This document shows, piece after piece, positions 20,511 through 31,689 of a stretch of DNA of 64,000 nt. Made by a program: the position numbers and the translations under genes. Source of the stretch: Nostoc sp. DedSLP01 (lineage in GTDB: Bacteria; Cyanobacteriota; Cyanobacteriia; Cyanobacteriales; Nostocaceae). Where the stretch lies: the NCBI GenBank assembly GCA_034530875.2, contig JAVRCJ020000001.1, forward strand, positions 288,001 through 352,000, given 5' to 3'. The notes beneath the pieces are model-generated. The model did not search any database. It worked only from the letters and a program-made list of their open reading frames with translations, and had not been told where the DNA came from. How positions within the stretch are numbered: position 1 is the first letter of the stretch; every line of letters begins with the position of its first letter.

Positions 20511-23500
20511 TCACCAAGGATTGCCAATCATTGTAAATCCAGCCCAATAATAAGGATGCATCAGCGATTCATCAGCTTTACCAACACTTTCAGCAGGCAA
20601 AGGCAAGTTACCAACTGCCCCCAAACCTTGAATTTGACCATCCTTGACGAAAATCTGCCCTTTGGCCATAGCTACTTGAGCTTCTCGCAAAGCTTCTGCT
20701 TTAATTGGTGCTGTTTTTAAATTTTCATAAAATTTTGTCATCAATGCTGCTGTACCAGAATCATTAACCGACCAAAGACTAGCAACGCTAGTTTTCACAC
20801 CTGCCAGCACTGCTAAACCCGCAAATCCAAGTTCTGACTCTTGATCGCCTAAAGCTGTCCTACAAGCACTCAGCACCATCATCTCTACTTGGGGATCGTT
20901 TAACCGCAACTGCCGTAACTGGTTCAAACGTAACTTGTCTTCCCACAGTTGAATATAGGAATTACTCAAGCCGCCAGTGACAAAATCGGCATGGGTTGCC
21001 ATGTGAATAATGCCAAAAGGTTGTTGGCGACGGATACTTTTAAGATTTTCTACAGTGGCTTGCTTGTCCAACAATAATTTACCTTGCCAGAGTCTAGATA
21101 CTAATGTTGATATCTCCACGGGAACTGCTGGTAAAGGATCTTGTCCTTGAGTACTCTGAGAAACCCCCAGTGCTAAAATTTGGGATTTTTTAATGTCTGT
21201 ATATAGGGTGTTGGTCAAGCTGAGACTTGGCATCAAGCCTATACTGTATTTTTCTACTAGAAATTGTTTACCATCGTGAAGTGCTGCCATTGGAGTAGAA
21301 CGCAAACCAATGTCTGGTAAAAAGACTAAATTGTTGATTCCTCTGGCTTGTAAATCTGCCTCCAGTGGCTCAATTATCCAGCGATAAAGTTGTTGAGCCG
21401 AACGCAAATAAGCAGTCCGCCGGCGATTTTGCGGACTAACAATCTGGTCGCGAAATTCTTGAGCTACTTGTAATATTTTCGCTCTTGTGGTTTCTCCAAT
21501 GCGCTTACGAATGGGGTCACCTTTTCCAGTAACTACTACTATTTCCAGCTGGTCGCTATCCTGTTGTGTGAGCGTATTCAACTGTTTAGTTTTCTCCGGT
21601 ATAATCTCCACAGGAACAAAACTGATGTAAATAAATGCAGGTTTTACACCAGTAGCCTCCTCAATTTTGCGAGCAATTTGTTTGGCATCATCTAGTGTTT
21701 TAATTTTGGGAGTTGGTATGCCTAAATGCTCGCCAAAATCCTCTGTGAAGCTATCTTCCGGAGTAGGATCGTTATTAATTATGGAGTAACTAATTTTAGG
21801 AACTTCAGGAGCAGGGTTACTTGGTTGATTTGGAATGCACTGAAATGAGCAGGGGGAAGAATTAAGCTCATCAGGAGTTTTAGGCTTATTAGGAGTGCCA
21901 GGGTCAGTGGGAGTGCCAGGGTCAGTGGGAGTGCCAGGGTCAGTGGGAGTGCCAGGGTCAGTGGGAGTGCCAGGGTCGGTGGGAGTTCCAGGGTCGGTGG
22001 GAGTGCCAGGGTCGGTGGGAGTGCCAGGGTCGGTGGGAGTGCCAGGGTCGGTGGGAGTGCCAGGGTCGGTGGGAGTTCCAGGGTCAGTGGGAGTTCCAGG
22101 GTCAGTGGGAGTGCCAGGGTCAGAGGGAAGATCGGGCACTTTGACGTTGATTGCTACCTGTACGGGTTCTGAAGATGAAACTACATCGCTAGCTTTGACA
22201 GTGAATGCATTTATTAGACCTGTGCCATCGGTGGGCGGTGTATATTCTAGTATTTCACCTACAGTTAATTCGTCTCCGGGAGCTAAAACTGTATCGCCTC
22301 GTTTCAAAGTTCCTGCTTGGACGGCATCAAGAAAAACAGTGGTGTTATCTAAATTGACATCGCTAGAGGTAGCAGTAAATTTGAAGCTGACGGTTTGATT
22401 GACTTCGGCATCGGATGAGAGGAGCGTGTTTGTTGTCAGTGTAGGCGGGGTGTTTACGGATGTAATGGTGATGCCGGCTGGGGTGCCAGGAGCATCGCCA
22501 CCATTGGGTAAAACTGGAAAGTTATTTAAAGGAGCGATCGCAGTTGCCCCTGTAGTAATTGACTCTGCTATACCATTGACACTGGCATCACCGATGATAA
22601 AATCTACATTGTTTGGGCCGCCATCATGTCGAATGCTAATAGTACCCCCTGCTAGAGGTTGAACCACAGGCACTCCATCATTCAGAAAAAATCCACCAGT
22701 TGCAATAGTTTCACCCTCACCGTTTCCTAATCCTTGAATTAGGCCGTTAGTTAAGACTTGCACGTTGCCACCTTGAACGCTGTTACCGTCAAAATCGTCA
22801 ACTACGGCTTGAGTGCTGATGGTGGTAAAACGAATATTGCTGCCAGCAGTATTGGTAGTCTGTAAAGTTACGTTACCAGCTGTAACATTTGCAGTTCCAT
22901 CTACTCCAGTAGCGTTCGCAAAAGTATTAATGGCGTCATTCACGGTAATATCATCTGTGGCAGTTAAGGTGACCGCGCCGGCTTGGCCGATAAAATCGCC
23001 ACCTCCTTCCTTGGTTACATACGAGTTAATTGCGCCTGTGGTGATGCTGCCGCTTGTGGTTGTTGCTACTACATCGCCAGCCGTACCTGAATTACTAGCA
23101 CCTTGTGAAAACGAATCAATTGTACCTGTACTGATGTTGCCTGCCGCACTTAAGCTTACTACTCCCGCTGTATTATTAGTCAGAAACCCTTCAGTATTGC
23201 TAGTATCAAGATTATTTAGACTAATGCTAGCACTGGTACTTTGGACTGTAATATTACCTGCCGAGTAACCAAGACCAGTGGTGATAATATTACCAGCAAT
23301 GATATCGCCAACCGCAGACAAGTTGACATTACCACTATTGCCAGAAGCATCATTAATTGTATTGAGATTCCCCAGCGATAAACTAGCTCCAGAAATGTTT
23401 ATTGCCCCTCCCTTGGTTTCAATTGTGTTGGTAAGGTCAACAAAGTTTACAGAACCGTTTTGCGATGTGAGGGTGAAGCTACCGCCACTACCCAAGTTTA

Positions 23501-26024
23501 ATGTAGCAACACCATCGGTTGTTACTAGGGGTGTGGCTCCGATGATGTCATTGATGGTAATATCGCCTGTGGCTTGTAAATTGATATTTGCACCGGAGAG
23601 TGCGATCGCACCCCATGAAACTGTATTCGCCCCAATATCTGCATCGCCAAAAGCAATATTGCCAGCTGTGCCATCAAAAGTCCCTACTCCGCCATCGATA
23701 ATAGTCAAGGTGCTGGGGTCTAGCAATAAAGTCCCGAAGCTACCATTGGCGGCTGAAGTGTCTACCACACCGTTGAAGGTGAAGGCATTTTTGCCGGAGA
23801 CTTCTACAAAACCACCATTGCCAGCATTTGCTCCTCCACGAGCCGAAATGTTACCAAAAAATTGGGTTGTGTTGTCACCCCAAACTATTACCCGTCCGCC
23901 ATTTCCATTTAATTTACTATCGGCATTAATTACGGAGTTGGAGTTAACATAAGTCTGCTGTGCATTGGGCAAAGTCCCCTTACCCTGGTAATCGCCTCCA
24001 ATTAACACGGTACCAGCGTTATTGGTTCCAGAGGCGTTAATATTGACATCGATCGCCCCTACTTTTGTACCTAAAGCAGCTACCGTCCCGCCTGTTTGAC
24101 TTGATAAATTTACTGTCCCAGAAACAATAGTTGTACCTGGAGTTGCCGGGATTTTGACGTTAGAGCCTGTTAGTTGTACCGTTCCATCGGCATTAGCTGT
24201 TAATCCAGTGTTAGTGTTACCAACTGTAAGCAATTCTGGTAAAGATGCAATGGGAATTGTCCAGCTATTGGGTTGGTTGCTACTAGAGGCGAGGGGCTGA
24301 ATTTCCAGACTCAGCAAATTTCCTGGCTGACTCAGGCGCACCCAATTTTGACCCGGTACGGATGTGACGGTAATCTGTCCTCCTGGTGCGGAAATTTGGC
24401 CAGTGTTTACCACCGTACCGCCCAATAAATTCAAATTTTGCCCAGTACCGACTGCCAAATTTCCCGCATTGACAATTGCTCCTGGTTGGCTGGTACTAAA
24501 GGCAAAACCATTGGGGTTTCCCACTAAATTAATGTAGTCATTAACACCTATTGCATTAAACCAACTGCTACCAAAGCCGATTCCTTCCGCTGTTGTCGCC
24601 GTAAAAGCACCGGGTACATTTAAGCTGGCGTTTGCTCCAAAAATAAACCCGGCTGGATTCATCAAGAACAGATTCGGGCTACCACCAGTTACTTGAATTA
24701 AGCCGTTGATGATTGAAGGATCGCCGCCTGTTATTCGACCCAGGATATTTTGTAGCGTGGGATTGGCTTGAAAGTTGGCGATTTGTTCTGGTGAAAGTCC
24801 AAATTGTTGAAAGCTGTGGAAGAGGTTAGCACCATTACCAGAAGTTGTACCGCCGGTGATATCAATTTGGTTGCCGTTGGGAGTTACGATTGTGTTTGTA
24901 CCATCAGCAGCAGGAATAATTTGCTGTGCTTGGGCTAATCTGGGACTGATGGCACTCAATAGTGGCGCAATAATTAGTGCTGAAGCGGCAATACTAGACA
25001 GTAAATATTTTTTCCAAGAAAGCAGAGATTCTGTCAAGAGGTTTGGAGAACAAAGATTTTCGGCGTTGCTGATTGGTGGGATAGTTTTTATCTCACGCAG
25101 AGGCGCAGAGGAGGACACTTCTGTGGGCGGGTTCCCCGACTTGAGGAAAGTGTCCGTCGCGCAGAGAGTAAGAGTTTGAGAAATCAGATTTTTAATTTTC
25201 ATCCCTTTATTCAGCAACGCCAGATTTTCTTTACTAACCTTGCATTGCAGTTTCTCTACCTCTGTTTTGCGCCGCAGGATAAAGCGACCTGTGGGAAATT
25301 CTACATCGATTTGTAATTTATTCGCTAATCCGCGTCGCCAAAGTGCTTGGGCGATCGCCTTTTTTGACCAGAGAATTTGTTCTGTTTTCCTAGCAACAGA
25401 GGTGTTTTGCGAATGATTTCGGTAGAAGTAGAGGGGCTTTTTAACTCGCCGCACTTGGGTAACTTCGGAAAGTCTCAAACACAAATCGTAATCATAAGCA
25501 GTGATATTAAAAGACTCGTTGACTCCTCCCACTCGGTCGTAAACGCAACGGCGCATGAGGCGGAAGTGAAAAGTCATGAAGTTGACTAAAAGACTTTCTC
25601 TTGAGTAGGGAATCTCACAGCGATGACCGTAACCGAGAACTTTGCCATCTGCATCGATGTTTAGGTAGTCAGTGTAAACGAGTCCCGTTTCTGGATAGCG
25701 ATTAAGGACTGCGGCGGTTTCGGCCAGGGCGGTAGGTGCGAGGAGATCGTCGTTGTCAAGTATACCGATGTAACTACCACTAGTTTGGTTAATCGCTGCC
25801 TTACAAGCCGCAGCAGTTCCTTGATGCCGTGCTTGGATTACCCGCACTCGTGCATCTTTTTGAGCATATTGTTTTGCTATGGTGGCTGAACCATCTGTAG
25901 ATCCATCGTCCCAAATTAGTAGCTCCAAATCTTGCCATGTCTGCGCTAAGACACTGGCGATCGCTTGTTCAAGGTAAGCTTCCCGATTGTAATTGACGAT
26001 GACAATGGAAATCAGTGGTGGCAT
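20511..26024 (-). CDS. GT2 glycosyltransferase - filamentous haemagglutinin TPS domain - CHAT protease fusion (TpsA-like)
   Basis: aa 1-250 are GT2 ([20 protein letters not shown]). An internal signal-like segment ends in AQA. TPS motifs are NLFHSF and NPAG, followed by a beta-helix region, PTDPGT repeats, and CHAT with HMATHA and LSACRT. Confidence 0.88.
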   Translation of the reverse strand: MPPLISIVIVNYNREAYLEQAIASVLAQTWQDLELLIWDDGSTDGSATIAKQYAQKDARVRVIQARHQGTAAACKAAINQTSGSYIGILDNDDLLAPTALAETAAVLNRYPETGLVYTDYLNIDADGKVLGYGHRCEIPYSRESLLVNFMTFHFRLMRRCVYDRVGGVNESFNITAYDYDLCLRLSEVTQVRRVKKPLYFYRNHSQNTSVARKTEQILWSKKAIAQALWRRGLANKLQIDVEFPTGRFILRRKTEVEKLQCKVSKENLALLNKGMKIKNLISQTLTLCATDTFLKSGNPPTEVSSSAPLREIKTIPPISNAENLCSPNLLTESLLSWKKYLLSSIAASALIIAPLLSAISPRLAQAQQIIPAADGTNTIVTPNGNQIDITGGTTSGNGANLFHSFQQFGLSPEQIANFQANPTLQNILGRITGGDPSIINGLIQVTGGSPNLFLMNPAGFIFGANASLNVPGAFTATTAEGIGFGSSWFNAIGVNDYINLVGNPNGFAFSTSQPGAIVNAGNLAVGTGQNLNLLGGTVVNTGQISAPGGQITVTSVPGQNWVRLSQPGNLLSLEIQPLASSSNQPNSWTIPIASLPELLTVGNTNTGLTANADGTVQLTGSNVKIPATPGTTIVSGTVNLSSQTGGTVAALGTKVGAIDVNINASGTNNAGTVLIGGDYQGKGTLPNAQQTYVNSNSVINADSKLNGNGGRVIVWGDNTTQFFGNISARGGANAGNGGFVEVSGKNAFTFNGVVDTSAANGSFGTLLLDPSTLTIIDGGVGTFDGTAGNIAFGDADIGANTVSWGAIALSGANINLQATGDITINDIIGATPLVTTDGVATLNLGSGGSFTLTSQNGSVNFVDLTNTIETKGGAINISGASLSLGNLNTINDASGNSGNVNLSAVGDIIAGNIITTGLGYSAGNITVQSTSASISLNNLDTSNTEGFLTNNTAGVVSLSAAGNISTGTIDSFSQGASNSGTAGDVVATTTSGSITTGAINSYVTKEGGGDFIGQAGAVTLTATDDITVNDAINTFANATGVDGTANVTAGNVTLQTTNTAGSNIRFTTISTQAVVDDFDGNSVQGGNVQVLTNGLIQGLGNGEGETIATGGFFLNDGVPVVQPLAGGTISIRHDGGPNNVDFIIGDASVNGIAESITTGATAIAPLNNFPVLPNGGDAPGTPAGITITSVNTPPTLTTNTLLSSDAEVNQTVSFKFTATSSDVNLDNTTVFLDAVQAGTLKRGDTVLAPGDELTVGEILEYTPPTDGTGLINAFTVKASDVVSSSEPVQVAINVKVPDLPSDPGTPTDPGTPTDPGTPTDPGTPTDPGTPTDPGTPTDPGTPTDPGTPTDPGTPTDPGTPTDPGTPTDPGTPTDPGTPNKPKTPDELNSSPCSFQCIPNQPSNPAPEVPKISYSIINNDPTPEDSFTEDFGEHLGIPTPKIKTLDDAKQIARKIEEATGVKPAFIYISFVPVEIIPEKTKQLNTLTQQDSDQLEIVVVTGKGDPIRKRIGETTRAKILQVAQEFRDQIVSPQNRRRTAYLRSAQQLYRWIIEPLEADLQARGINNLVFLPDIGLRSTPMAALHDGKQFLVEKYSIGLMPSLSLTNTLYTDIKKSQILALGVSQSTQGQDPLPAVPVEISTLVSRLWQGKLLLDKQATVENLKSIRRQQPFGIIHMATHADFVTGGLSNSYIQLWEDKLRLNQLRQLRLNDPQVEMMVLSACRTALGDQESELGFAGLAVLAGVKTSVASLWSVNDSGTAALMTKFYENLKTAPIKAEALREAQVAMAKGQIFVKDGQIQGLGAVGNLPLPAESVGKADESLMHPYYWAGFTMIGNPW
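21892..22125. repeat. 13 x 18-bp coding tandem repeat (PTDPGT)
   Basis: Unit GGAGTGCCAGGGTCRGTG, counted directly. Confidence 0.95.
25062..25221. mobile_element. MITE (TIR GGCGTTGCTGA, 8-bp TSD AGATTTTC) inserted in frame in a CDS
   Basis: AGATTTTC|GGCGTTGCTGA...TCAGCAACGCC|AGATTTTC; 160+8 = 168 bp. Confidence 0.88.
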
Positions 26025-26282
26025 CGAAGTAATCCAAGTTTTCTACCTGTTACCAGGATATAATGCTAAGGGCTTTCACTTAGGTAATCATTGCTGTTTA
26101 TTATTTTTTAGTTACAAATTTTCTTAAATTGAAAGAGCAAAAATATGATATTCAAATACCTATAGTATGAGAGTGACTGGGGACTGGGGATTGGGGACTG
26201 GGGTATGGGGTACTGTTAGAAACCCGACGTATAAATGCAAGAACCGTATAAATTGCCCTAATAATCTGGCCGGCTAAGTACC

Positions 26283-28202
26283 TTGAGTATTAAGCGAATC
26301 TTTCCTAATTCTCAGTCCCCAATCACCAGCCCCGAGAACCCTAAAAAGCACAAAGCAATGATCGAAGGAACAGAAACTCGTGTCACGAAAGCAAGGACTC
26401 AGCCAAGAAGTGTCTATCTATCTCATCAGTTAGACGCTTGGCAAAGTCTGGCAAATAGGAAATGGAATCAGCACAGTTTCAGTTTCAAGTGTGGCTTGTT
26501 AATTCTGCCTGCACTCTGGATTGTAACTGCCGATGCACTGAAAGCTACAGCTAATAACTTTATACCAAACTCAAATCGAGATAGCAGTTACCCAGAGTTA
26601 CAAATCGTACAGGAAACACCTTCAGCTGCTAGCGAACCGAATCAACCACAACCAAACCCCGAATCATCCCCACCGCAACCAGAAACACCACAACGCATTC
26701 GAGTCCGCAAAATCCAAGTTATAGATAGCACGGTTTTTAGTGAAAATGACTTGAATGCAGTTGTCAAGCCGTTTGAAGAACGAGACTTGACTTTAGAAGA
26801 AATCAGACAAGCCGCAGATGCAGTTACCCAGCTTTATTTAAATAAAGGCTACCTCAATTCCAGAGCCGTTCCAGACACTCAACAACTTAGCACCGCTGAT
26901 GGAATTGTCGTCATTCGTGTAATTGAAGGCAGTTTAGCAGACATAGAGATTGAAGGAACGCGGCGATTAAACCAATCTTATATTCGCAGTCGCATCGAAT
27001 TAGGTGCTGGTACTCCTCTGAATATTGGTAAGTTGGAAGACCAACTAAGGCTATTGCGACTCGATCCCCTGTTGGCAAATGTCGAAGCACGTCTGCGTCC
27101 TACAGGTAAAGTTGGGCAAAGTGTTTTAGTTGTGAGAGTTGAAGAGGCAAATCCTTTAACTGGTAGCTTGGGTGTGGATAATTATTCGCCTCCCGCTATT
27201 GGTGCAGAAAGATTGGGTGTTGAATTGGGCTATCGCAACTTAACTGGAATGGGAGATGAGTTAGCAGGATCTTATTTTCACACCTTGAATGGTGGTTCCG
27301 ATTTTTTTAATTTTAGGTATCAGATTCCAGTTAATGCTATGGATGGCAGGGTGCAGATTAGAGCTGCATTTAGTCGTAACGAAATCACTCAAAAACCCTT
27401 CGATGCGTTCGACATTCAAGCAAATCAGGATCTTTATGAAATCAATTATCGCCAACCATTGATCCGATCGCCGAGAGAAGAATTTGCCTTATCTTTAGGA
27501 TTTACCTATCAAAACGGTCAAACTTTTATCTTCAATAACATTGCCCAGCCTTTTGGTATCGGGCCAGATGCTAATGGAGTCAGCCGTACCAGCGTCATTA
27601 AGTTTGCTCAAGATTATGTTAAGCGCGAACCCCAAGGTGCTTGGTTTTTGCGATCGCAATTTAATTTTGGCATTGATGTCTTTGATGCCACAATCAACAA
27701 TGACCCCATACCGGATGGTCGCTTTTTCAGTTGGCTAGGTCAAATACAACGCGCACAGCGACTCAGCAACGACCAATTATTAATTATCCAAGCAGAGTTA
27801 CAGCTAACACCAGATAGCCTTTTACCTTCCCAGCAATTCGTGATTGGTGGCGGACAATCTGTGAGAGGATATCGCCAGAATGCCCGTTCGGGAGATAATG
27901 GATTTCGGTTCGGGATTGAAGATAGAATCACAATGCAGCGCAATGAATCTGGTTTATCCACCGTTCAACTAGCACCATTTGTTGATATGGGAGCTGTCTG
28001 GAATAAGTCAAATAATCCCAATCAGCTACCAAACCAAACTTTTCTGATTGGCGCAGGCTTAGGATTATTGTGGAATGAAGCCTTTGGCATTGATAATTTA
28101 AATTTACGACTCGATTATGGTTTTCCATTTATCGATCTGAGCGATCGCGGTAATAACGCTCAAGATGATGGCTTTTATTTTAGCGTCCGGTATCAGCCGT
28201 AA
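26283..28202 (+). CDS. ShlB/FhaC/HecB family two-partner secretion outer-membrane transporter (TpsB)
   Basis: POTRA domains (YLNKGYLNSRA, IEGTRRL), a GGQSVRGY loop, and a C-terminal beta-barrel ending FSVRYQP. The true start may be ATG 26358. Confidence 0.93.
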   Translation: MSIKRIFPNSQSPITSPENPKKHKAMIEGTETRVTKARTQPRSVYLSHQLDAWQSLANRKWNQHSFSFKCGLLILPALWIVTADALKATANNFIPNSNRDSSYPELQIVQETPSAASEPNQPQPNPESSPPQPETPQRIRVRKIQVIDSTVFSENDLNAVVKPFEERDLTLEEIRQAADAVTQLYLNKGYLNSRAVPDTQQLSTADGIVVIRVIEGSLADIEIEGTRRLNQSYIRSRIELGAGTPLNIGKLEDQLRLLRLDPLLANVEARLRPTGKVGQSVLVVRVEEANPLTGSLGVDNYSPPAIGAERLGVELGYRNLTGMGDELAGSYFHTLNGGSDFFNFRYQIPVNAMDGRVQIRAAFSRNEITQKPFDAFDIQANQDLYEINYRQPLIRSPREEFALSLGFTYQNGQTFIFNNIAQPFGIGPDANGVSRTSVIKFAQDYVKREPQGAWFLRSQFNFGIDVFDATINNDPIPDGRFFSWLGQIQRAQRLSNDQLLIIQAELQLTPDSLLPSQQFVIGGGQSVRGYRQNARSGDNGFRFGIEDRITMQRNESGLSTVQLAPFVDMGAVWNKSNNPNQLPNQTFLIGAGLGLLWNEAFGIDNLNLRLDYGFPFIDLSDRGNNAQDDGFYFSVRYQP

Positions 28203-28238
28203 TGCAGTTGTGGAAGGTATAGTAGCATCCTCTATTTC

Positions 28239-28349
28239 GGCGTTGGTGATTGAAAATATGAATTGAATTCACGCAGAGGCGCAGAGTCGCAGAGAGTAAG
28301 AGTTGAGAAGAGTTGATTTTTGAATTTCGTATTCAAATTCAGCAACGCC
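28239..28349. mobile_element. Second MITE of the GGCGTTG(C/G)TGA family
   Basis: GGCGTTGGTGA...TCAGCAACGCC. It shares the internal TCACGCAGAGGCGCAGAG and GCAGAGAGTAAGAG with the 25062 element, and has an imperfect flanking duplication (CTATTT). Confidence 0.7.
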
Positions 28350-28353
28350 CTAT

Positions 28354-28590
28354 TTTCTAATCTTTAATAGGGATTTTGGTGAATTGCAATATTGTGGCAA
28401 TAATTGGGAATCTGCCTGTAGGAAATTTTCAATAAACTTATTACAAAAATCGTTCTTTGCGTTCTCTTCTCTGCGCCTCTGCGCCTCTGCGTGAGATAAA
28501 AAAATATTTATGCAAGAGGTCTAATTCCTAATAGGAATTTTGGAGAATTGCAATAGGAGATCTCTCTCTCTACAGTCTCCCCACTGGGCT
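28354..28590 (-). CRISPR. Decayed CRISPR trailer: two degenerate repeats interrupted by a dispersed repeat
   Basis: Degenerate repeats at 28354-28390 and 28518-28554 are separated by 127 bp that contain CTCTGCGC repeats and TTATGCAAGAGGTCTA. Confidence 0.75.
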
Positions 28591-29931
28591 GTTTCAATCC
28601 CTAATAGGGATTTTGGAGAATTGCAATGTGAAGTGGTTTTGATTTGTAAAAACGACCAACTTATGTTTCAATCCCTAATAGGGATTTTGGAGAATTGCAA
28701 TATTAGTCGGTTGGAGAGGCTAACGCCTCAGTGGTATGTTTCAATCCCTAATAGGGATTTTGGAGAATTGCAATATAAAATCAGAAAGTACTTCTAATTT
28801 CAAGCTTCAGTTTCAATCCCTAATAGGGATTTTGGAGAATTGCAATTCTATTGCCGCAGGCATGGGAATGCACCTACACGGGCTAAGTTTCAATCCCTAA
28901 TAGGGATTTTGGAGAATTGCAATGCTGATTTGCCCAAGAGAGCGCCGTTGAATCACAAGTTTCAATCCCTAATAGGGATTTTGGAGAATTGCAATCCTTA
29001 TTACGTTATCTGAGTATTTAGTAAAAGAGGTTTCAATCCCTAATAGGGATTTTGGAGAATTGCAATTAAGCATTGCCAATGGCGTTTGCGGGCATTTGGT
29101 GCGTTTCAATCCCTAATAGGGATTTTGGAGAATTGCAATGCTAGGAAAGAATTGGAATATTGCCTGCAATATTGGTTTCAATCCCTAATAGGGATTTTGG
29201 AGAATTGCAATAAATGTGCTTTTGCCTGTAGTAAAGATGAGACTAGTTTCAATCCCTAATAGGGATTTTGGAGAATTGCAATCTTTTCTAGCTCAAAGGC
29301 AAGAAGTAAGGCGAGAGTTTCAATCCCTAATAGGGATTTTGGAGAATTGCAATGTGCTGTAGCGCAAGATTGTAGCTCGTGTTTCGGTTTCAATCCCTAA
29401 TAGGGATTTTGGAGAATTGCAATTTGATTTGCATCTTCACAGTACTGGGAATAAACCAGCTTTTGTTTCAATCCCTAATAGGGATTTTGGAGAATTGCAA
29501 TCAAGGTAGATAATGGTGTACTGAGCGATTATATGTTTCAATCCCTAATAGGGATTTTGGAGAATTGCAATGTAGCTATTAGCTATTAACTGGTAGCTGT
29601 TAAGCGGTTTCAATCCCTAATAGGGATTTTGGAGAATTGCAATATGTAGACTTATTAATCTCAGGTTCACCTTGCCAAGTTTCAATCCCTAATAGGGATT
29701 TTGGAGAATTGCAATGCTTTTTTATCTGCGGGGATGATTTCGTCCCCCCTGTTTCAATCCCTAATAGGGATTTTGGAGAATTGCAATGCCAATGATGTAG
29801 GCAATCCAATACCCGTCAATGGGTTTCAATCCCTAATAGGGATTTTGGAGAATTGCAATGAAAGAATTAGAATTGATGATGCGTTTCAATTTTTGTTTCA
29901 ATCCCTAATAGGGATTTTGGAGAATTGCAAT
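28591..29931 (-). CRISPR. CRISPR array, 19 identical 37-bp repeats and 18 spacers (33-41 bp), no cas genes in window
   Basis: Plus-strand repeat is GTTTCAATCCCTAATAGGGATTTTGGAGAATTGCAAT. The minus-strand reading ends in ATTGAAAC and has an ATCCCTA/TAGGGAT hairpin. Degenerate copies on the left imply the leader is on the right. Confidence 0.98.
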
Positions 29932-30300
29932 GGCTTGCGGCTGGAAGCTTTGCCTTATTTGGTTTTCGAGGTTCGGTTGCGCGGATGGGCAAATCATAAC
30001 ACAACGGTTTGTAATTTGGCTAGATATAAATCGCTGAAAGGCAGTCTCCATAAGGTGCGCGGATGGTTCACAAGTGGGAGTATTCTCAAACGCTTACATA
30101 TAGGGCGATACAGCCATTTTTGTACTTACCCTCTCACCAACACCTACCCATCCGCGCTTCTAGTCACAGTATTCACATTAATGCTTGCAGCTAGATTGTT
30201 TCCATCACCGTTAGGGAAAATTGTAGGTTATTCAAAGTTTCCGCTATGCGATCGCATTGCCGATGCTGTTGTCTGTTGGGTAAAATGTCGTTAAATAAGT
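29932..30300 (-). promoter_or_regulatory. CRISPR leader
   Basis: Adjoins the undegenerated end of the array. GCGCGGATGG occurs at 29979 and 30057, with an inverted copy at 30148. Confidence 0.75.
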
Positions 30301-30377
30301 AGATGACGACATCTCCTTGAAACAATCTCACAGTCAAGATTATAAGTCAAGACCATTTGATGTTTTCGGTCTACTGA

Positions 30378-30944
30378 TTATTTTTTATATAAAGCGCGAT
30401 ATTCCCAAGGATTGACAAATTTAGTATCCCTCCAAACCCCAAGCTTTTGTTCTTTGGCTTGTGCTTCGGCTTGTTGAACTAAGTCTTTACTAGGACATTT
30501 ATTTAAATAGGGACGATATACTTTTGCTAAACCTTCTTGCAATAATACCTGTTGTATAAAAGTACCATTTTTTAAACGAACTTCTGCAACTTTACGCCCA
30601 TAACGATCGCTATCAGTAATATTCAAAGTCACGCGATCGCCTCCTTGCTGTACGAGTTGTTCTACGCGTTCTTGAGCTTTGACACCCCAACTAAATTGAT
30701 TGCGATCGCTACTACTTTTACTCTGCTTTTCTTTATTAGTATGAGCTATTTCTGGCGCATCTACACAAGCAAACCGCACGGTAACATTTTTACCATTAGT
30801 ATCTTTTACTACTAAAGTATCGCCATCACTGACTCGTTCAACCACATCTCCAGAGTTACCAATAAAGCGATCGCAACCCATCAAACCCAAAATTATGATA
30901 GTTGCACAAAGCGAAAATCCTAGTAGTTTAATTAATTTTTCCAT
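30378..30944 (-). CDS. Thermonuclease (SNase-like), probable lipoprotein
   Basis: VSDGDT, VRFACVDAPE, DRYGR, AQAKEQKLGVW, and a lipobox-like LMGC. Confidence 0.92.
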   Translation of the reverse strand: MEKLIKLLGFSLCATIIILGLMGCDRFIGNSGDVVERVSDGDTLVVKDTNGKNVTVRFACVDAPEIAHTNKEKQSKSSSDRNQFSWGVKAQERVEQLVQQGGDRVTLNITDSDRYGRKVAEVRLKNGTFIQQVLLQEGLAKVYRPYLNKCPSKDLVQQAEAQAKEQKLGVWRDTKFVNPWEYRALYKK

Positions 30945-31001
30945 TCAAATTTACCAAATTACCTTTGATGCATAATATGGCGAAATTAAACAATATTTTT
31001 G

Positions 31002-31553
31002 TTAACTTTTAACATGCTGCCGGAGAGATTGCAAACATATCTGAATTTTTGTATCTATTAATTGATTATCAACAGGCAATCTCTCGCCAGTCACCCAAGC
31101 TTCTTGGGGTTGAAACTGATATATTCTCCGGGGTGAATCATTTAAATAATCATCAACTGTGCGATTGTGTTTTCTCTGGGCACGATTTAGAAGTAGCTTG
31201 AGTATCTTTTCTGTATCCTCTGGCTTTAATTCTGATGCAGTTCCAGAAAAATATAAACCCTCTGCCGTACCTTCAGAACGATGTGAATTAAAAATAGCGA
31301 TCGCTACTTTCCCATCATTGCTATATAAATTCTGCGAATGCTTGGATTCAATAGCCGAACTCCAATAAATATTACACCGATCGTCATACGCAAAAAATAG
31401 AGGTGATACCCAAGGATAACCATCAAAAGAACAAGTAGACACAGTGCAATAAATATTACTTTCTAAAAGCCGAAATGCTTTCGCAATCACCTCCGGATTT
31501 TGAAAATCAATTGTATTAACCCATCGATTCCTAACACTTGCAGATTCCAACAT
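31002..31553 (-). CDS. Pyridoxamine 5'-phosphate oxidase-like FMN-binding protein
   Basis: TVSTCSFDGYPWVSPLFF...SKHSQNL split-barrel pattern. Confidence 0.82.
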   Translation of the reverse strand: MLESASVRNRWVNTIDFQNPEVIAKAFRLLESNIYCTVSTCSFDGYPWVSPLFFAYDDRCNIYWSSAIESKHSQNLYSNDGKVAIAIFNSHRSEGTAEGLYFSGTASELKPEDTEKILKLLLNRAQRKHNRTVDDYLNDSPRRIYQFQPQEAWVTGERLPVDNQLIDTKIQICLQSLRQHVKS

Positions 31554-31689
31554 AATATCTTCTCAATATGCAATCCCAGCAATATTATTTACCTAGCAAA
31601 TTAAATCGCAAAAAACTCTGCGTTTCTTTGCGTGACTTGGCGTTTAAAAATATTATCATTGTTAGGCAAGCATGGATTGCTACGACCAA

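Noticed and set aside
21895..23952. Plus-strand ORFs opposite the TpsA gene, and similar shadow ORFs elsewhere
   Set aside because: They are antisense frames of real genes and repeats.
29860..29894. Leader-proximal spacer containing GTTTCAAT, like the repeat start
   Set aside because: Only an 8-bp AT-rich match, and the spacer length is normal.
28540..30294. ORFs 28540-28797, 29600-29809 and 29701-30294
   Set aside because: They are translations of CRISPR repeats, spacers and leader.
30378..30944. Thermonuclease as a novel Cas effector for the adjacent array
   Set aside because: It has a lipoprotein-type signal, so it is probably extracytoplasmic, and it is an ordinary SNase-family protein. 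Adjacency is the only link.
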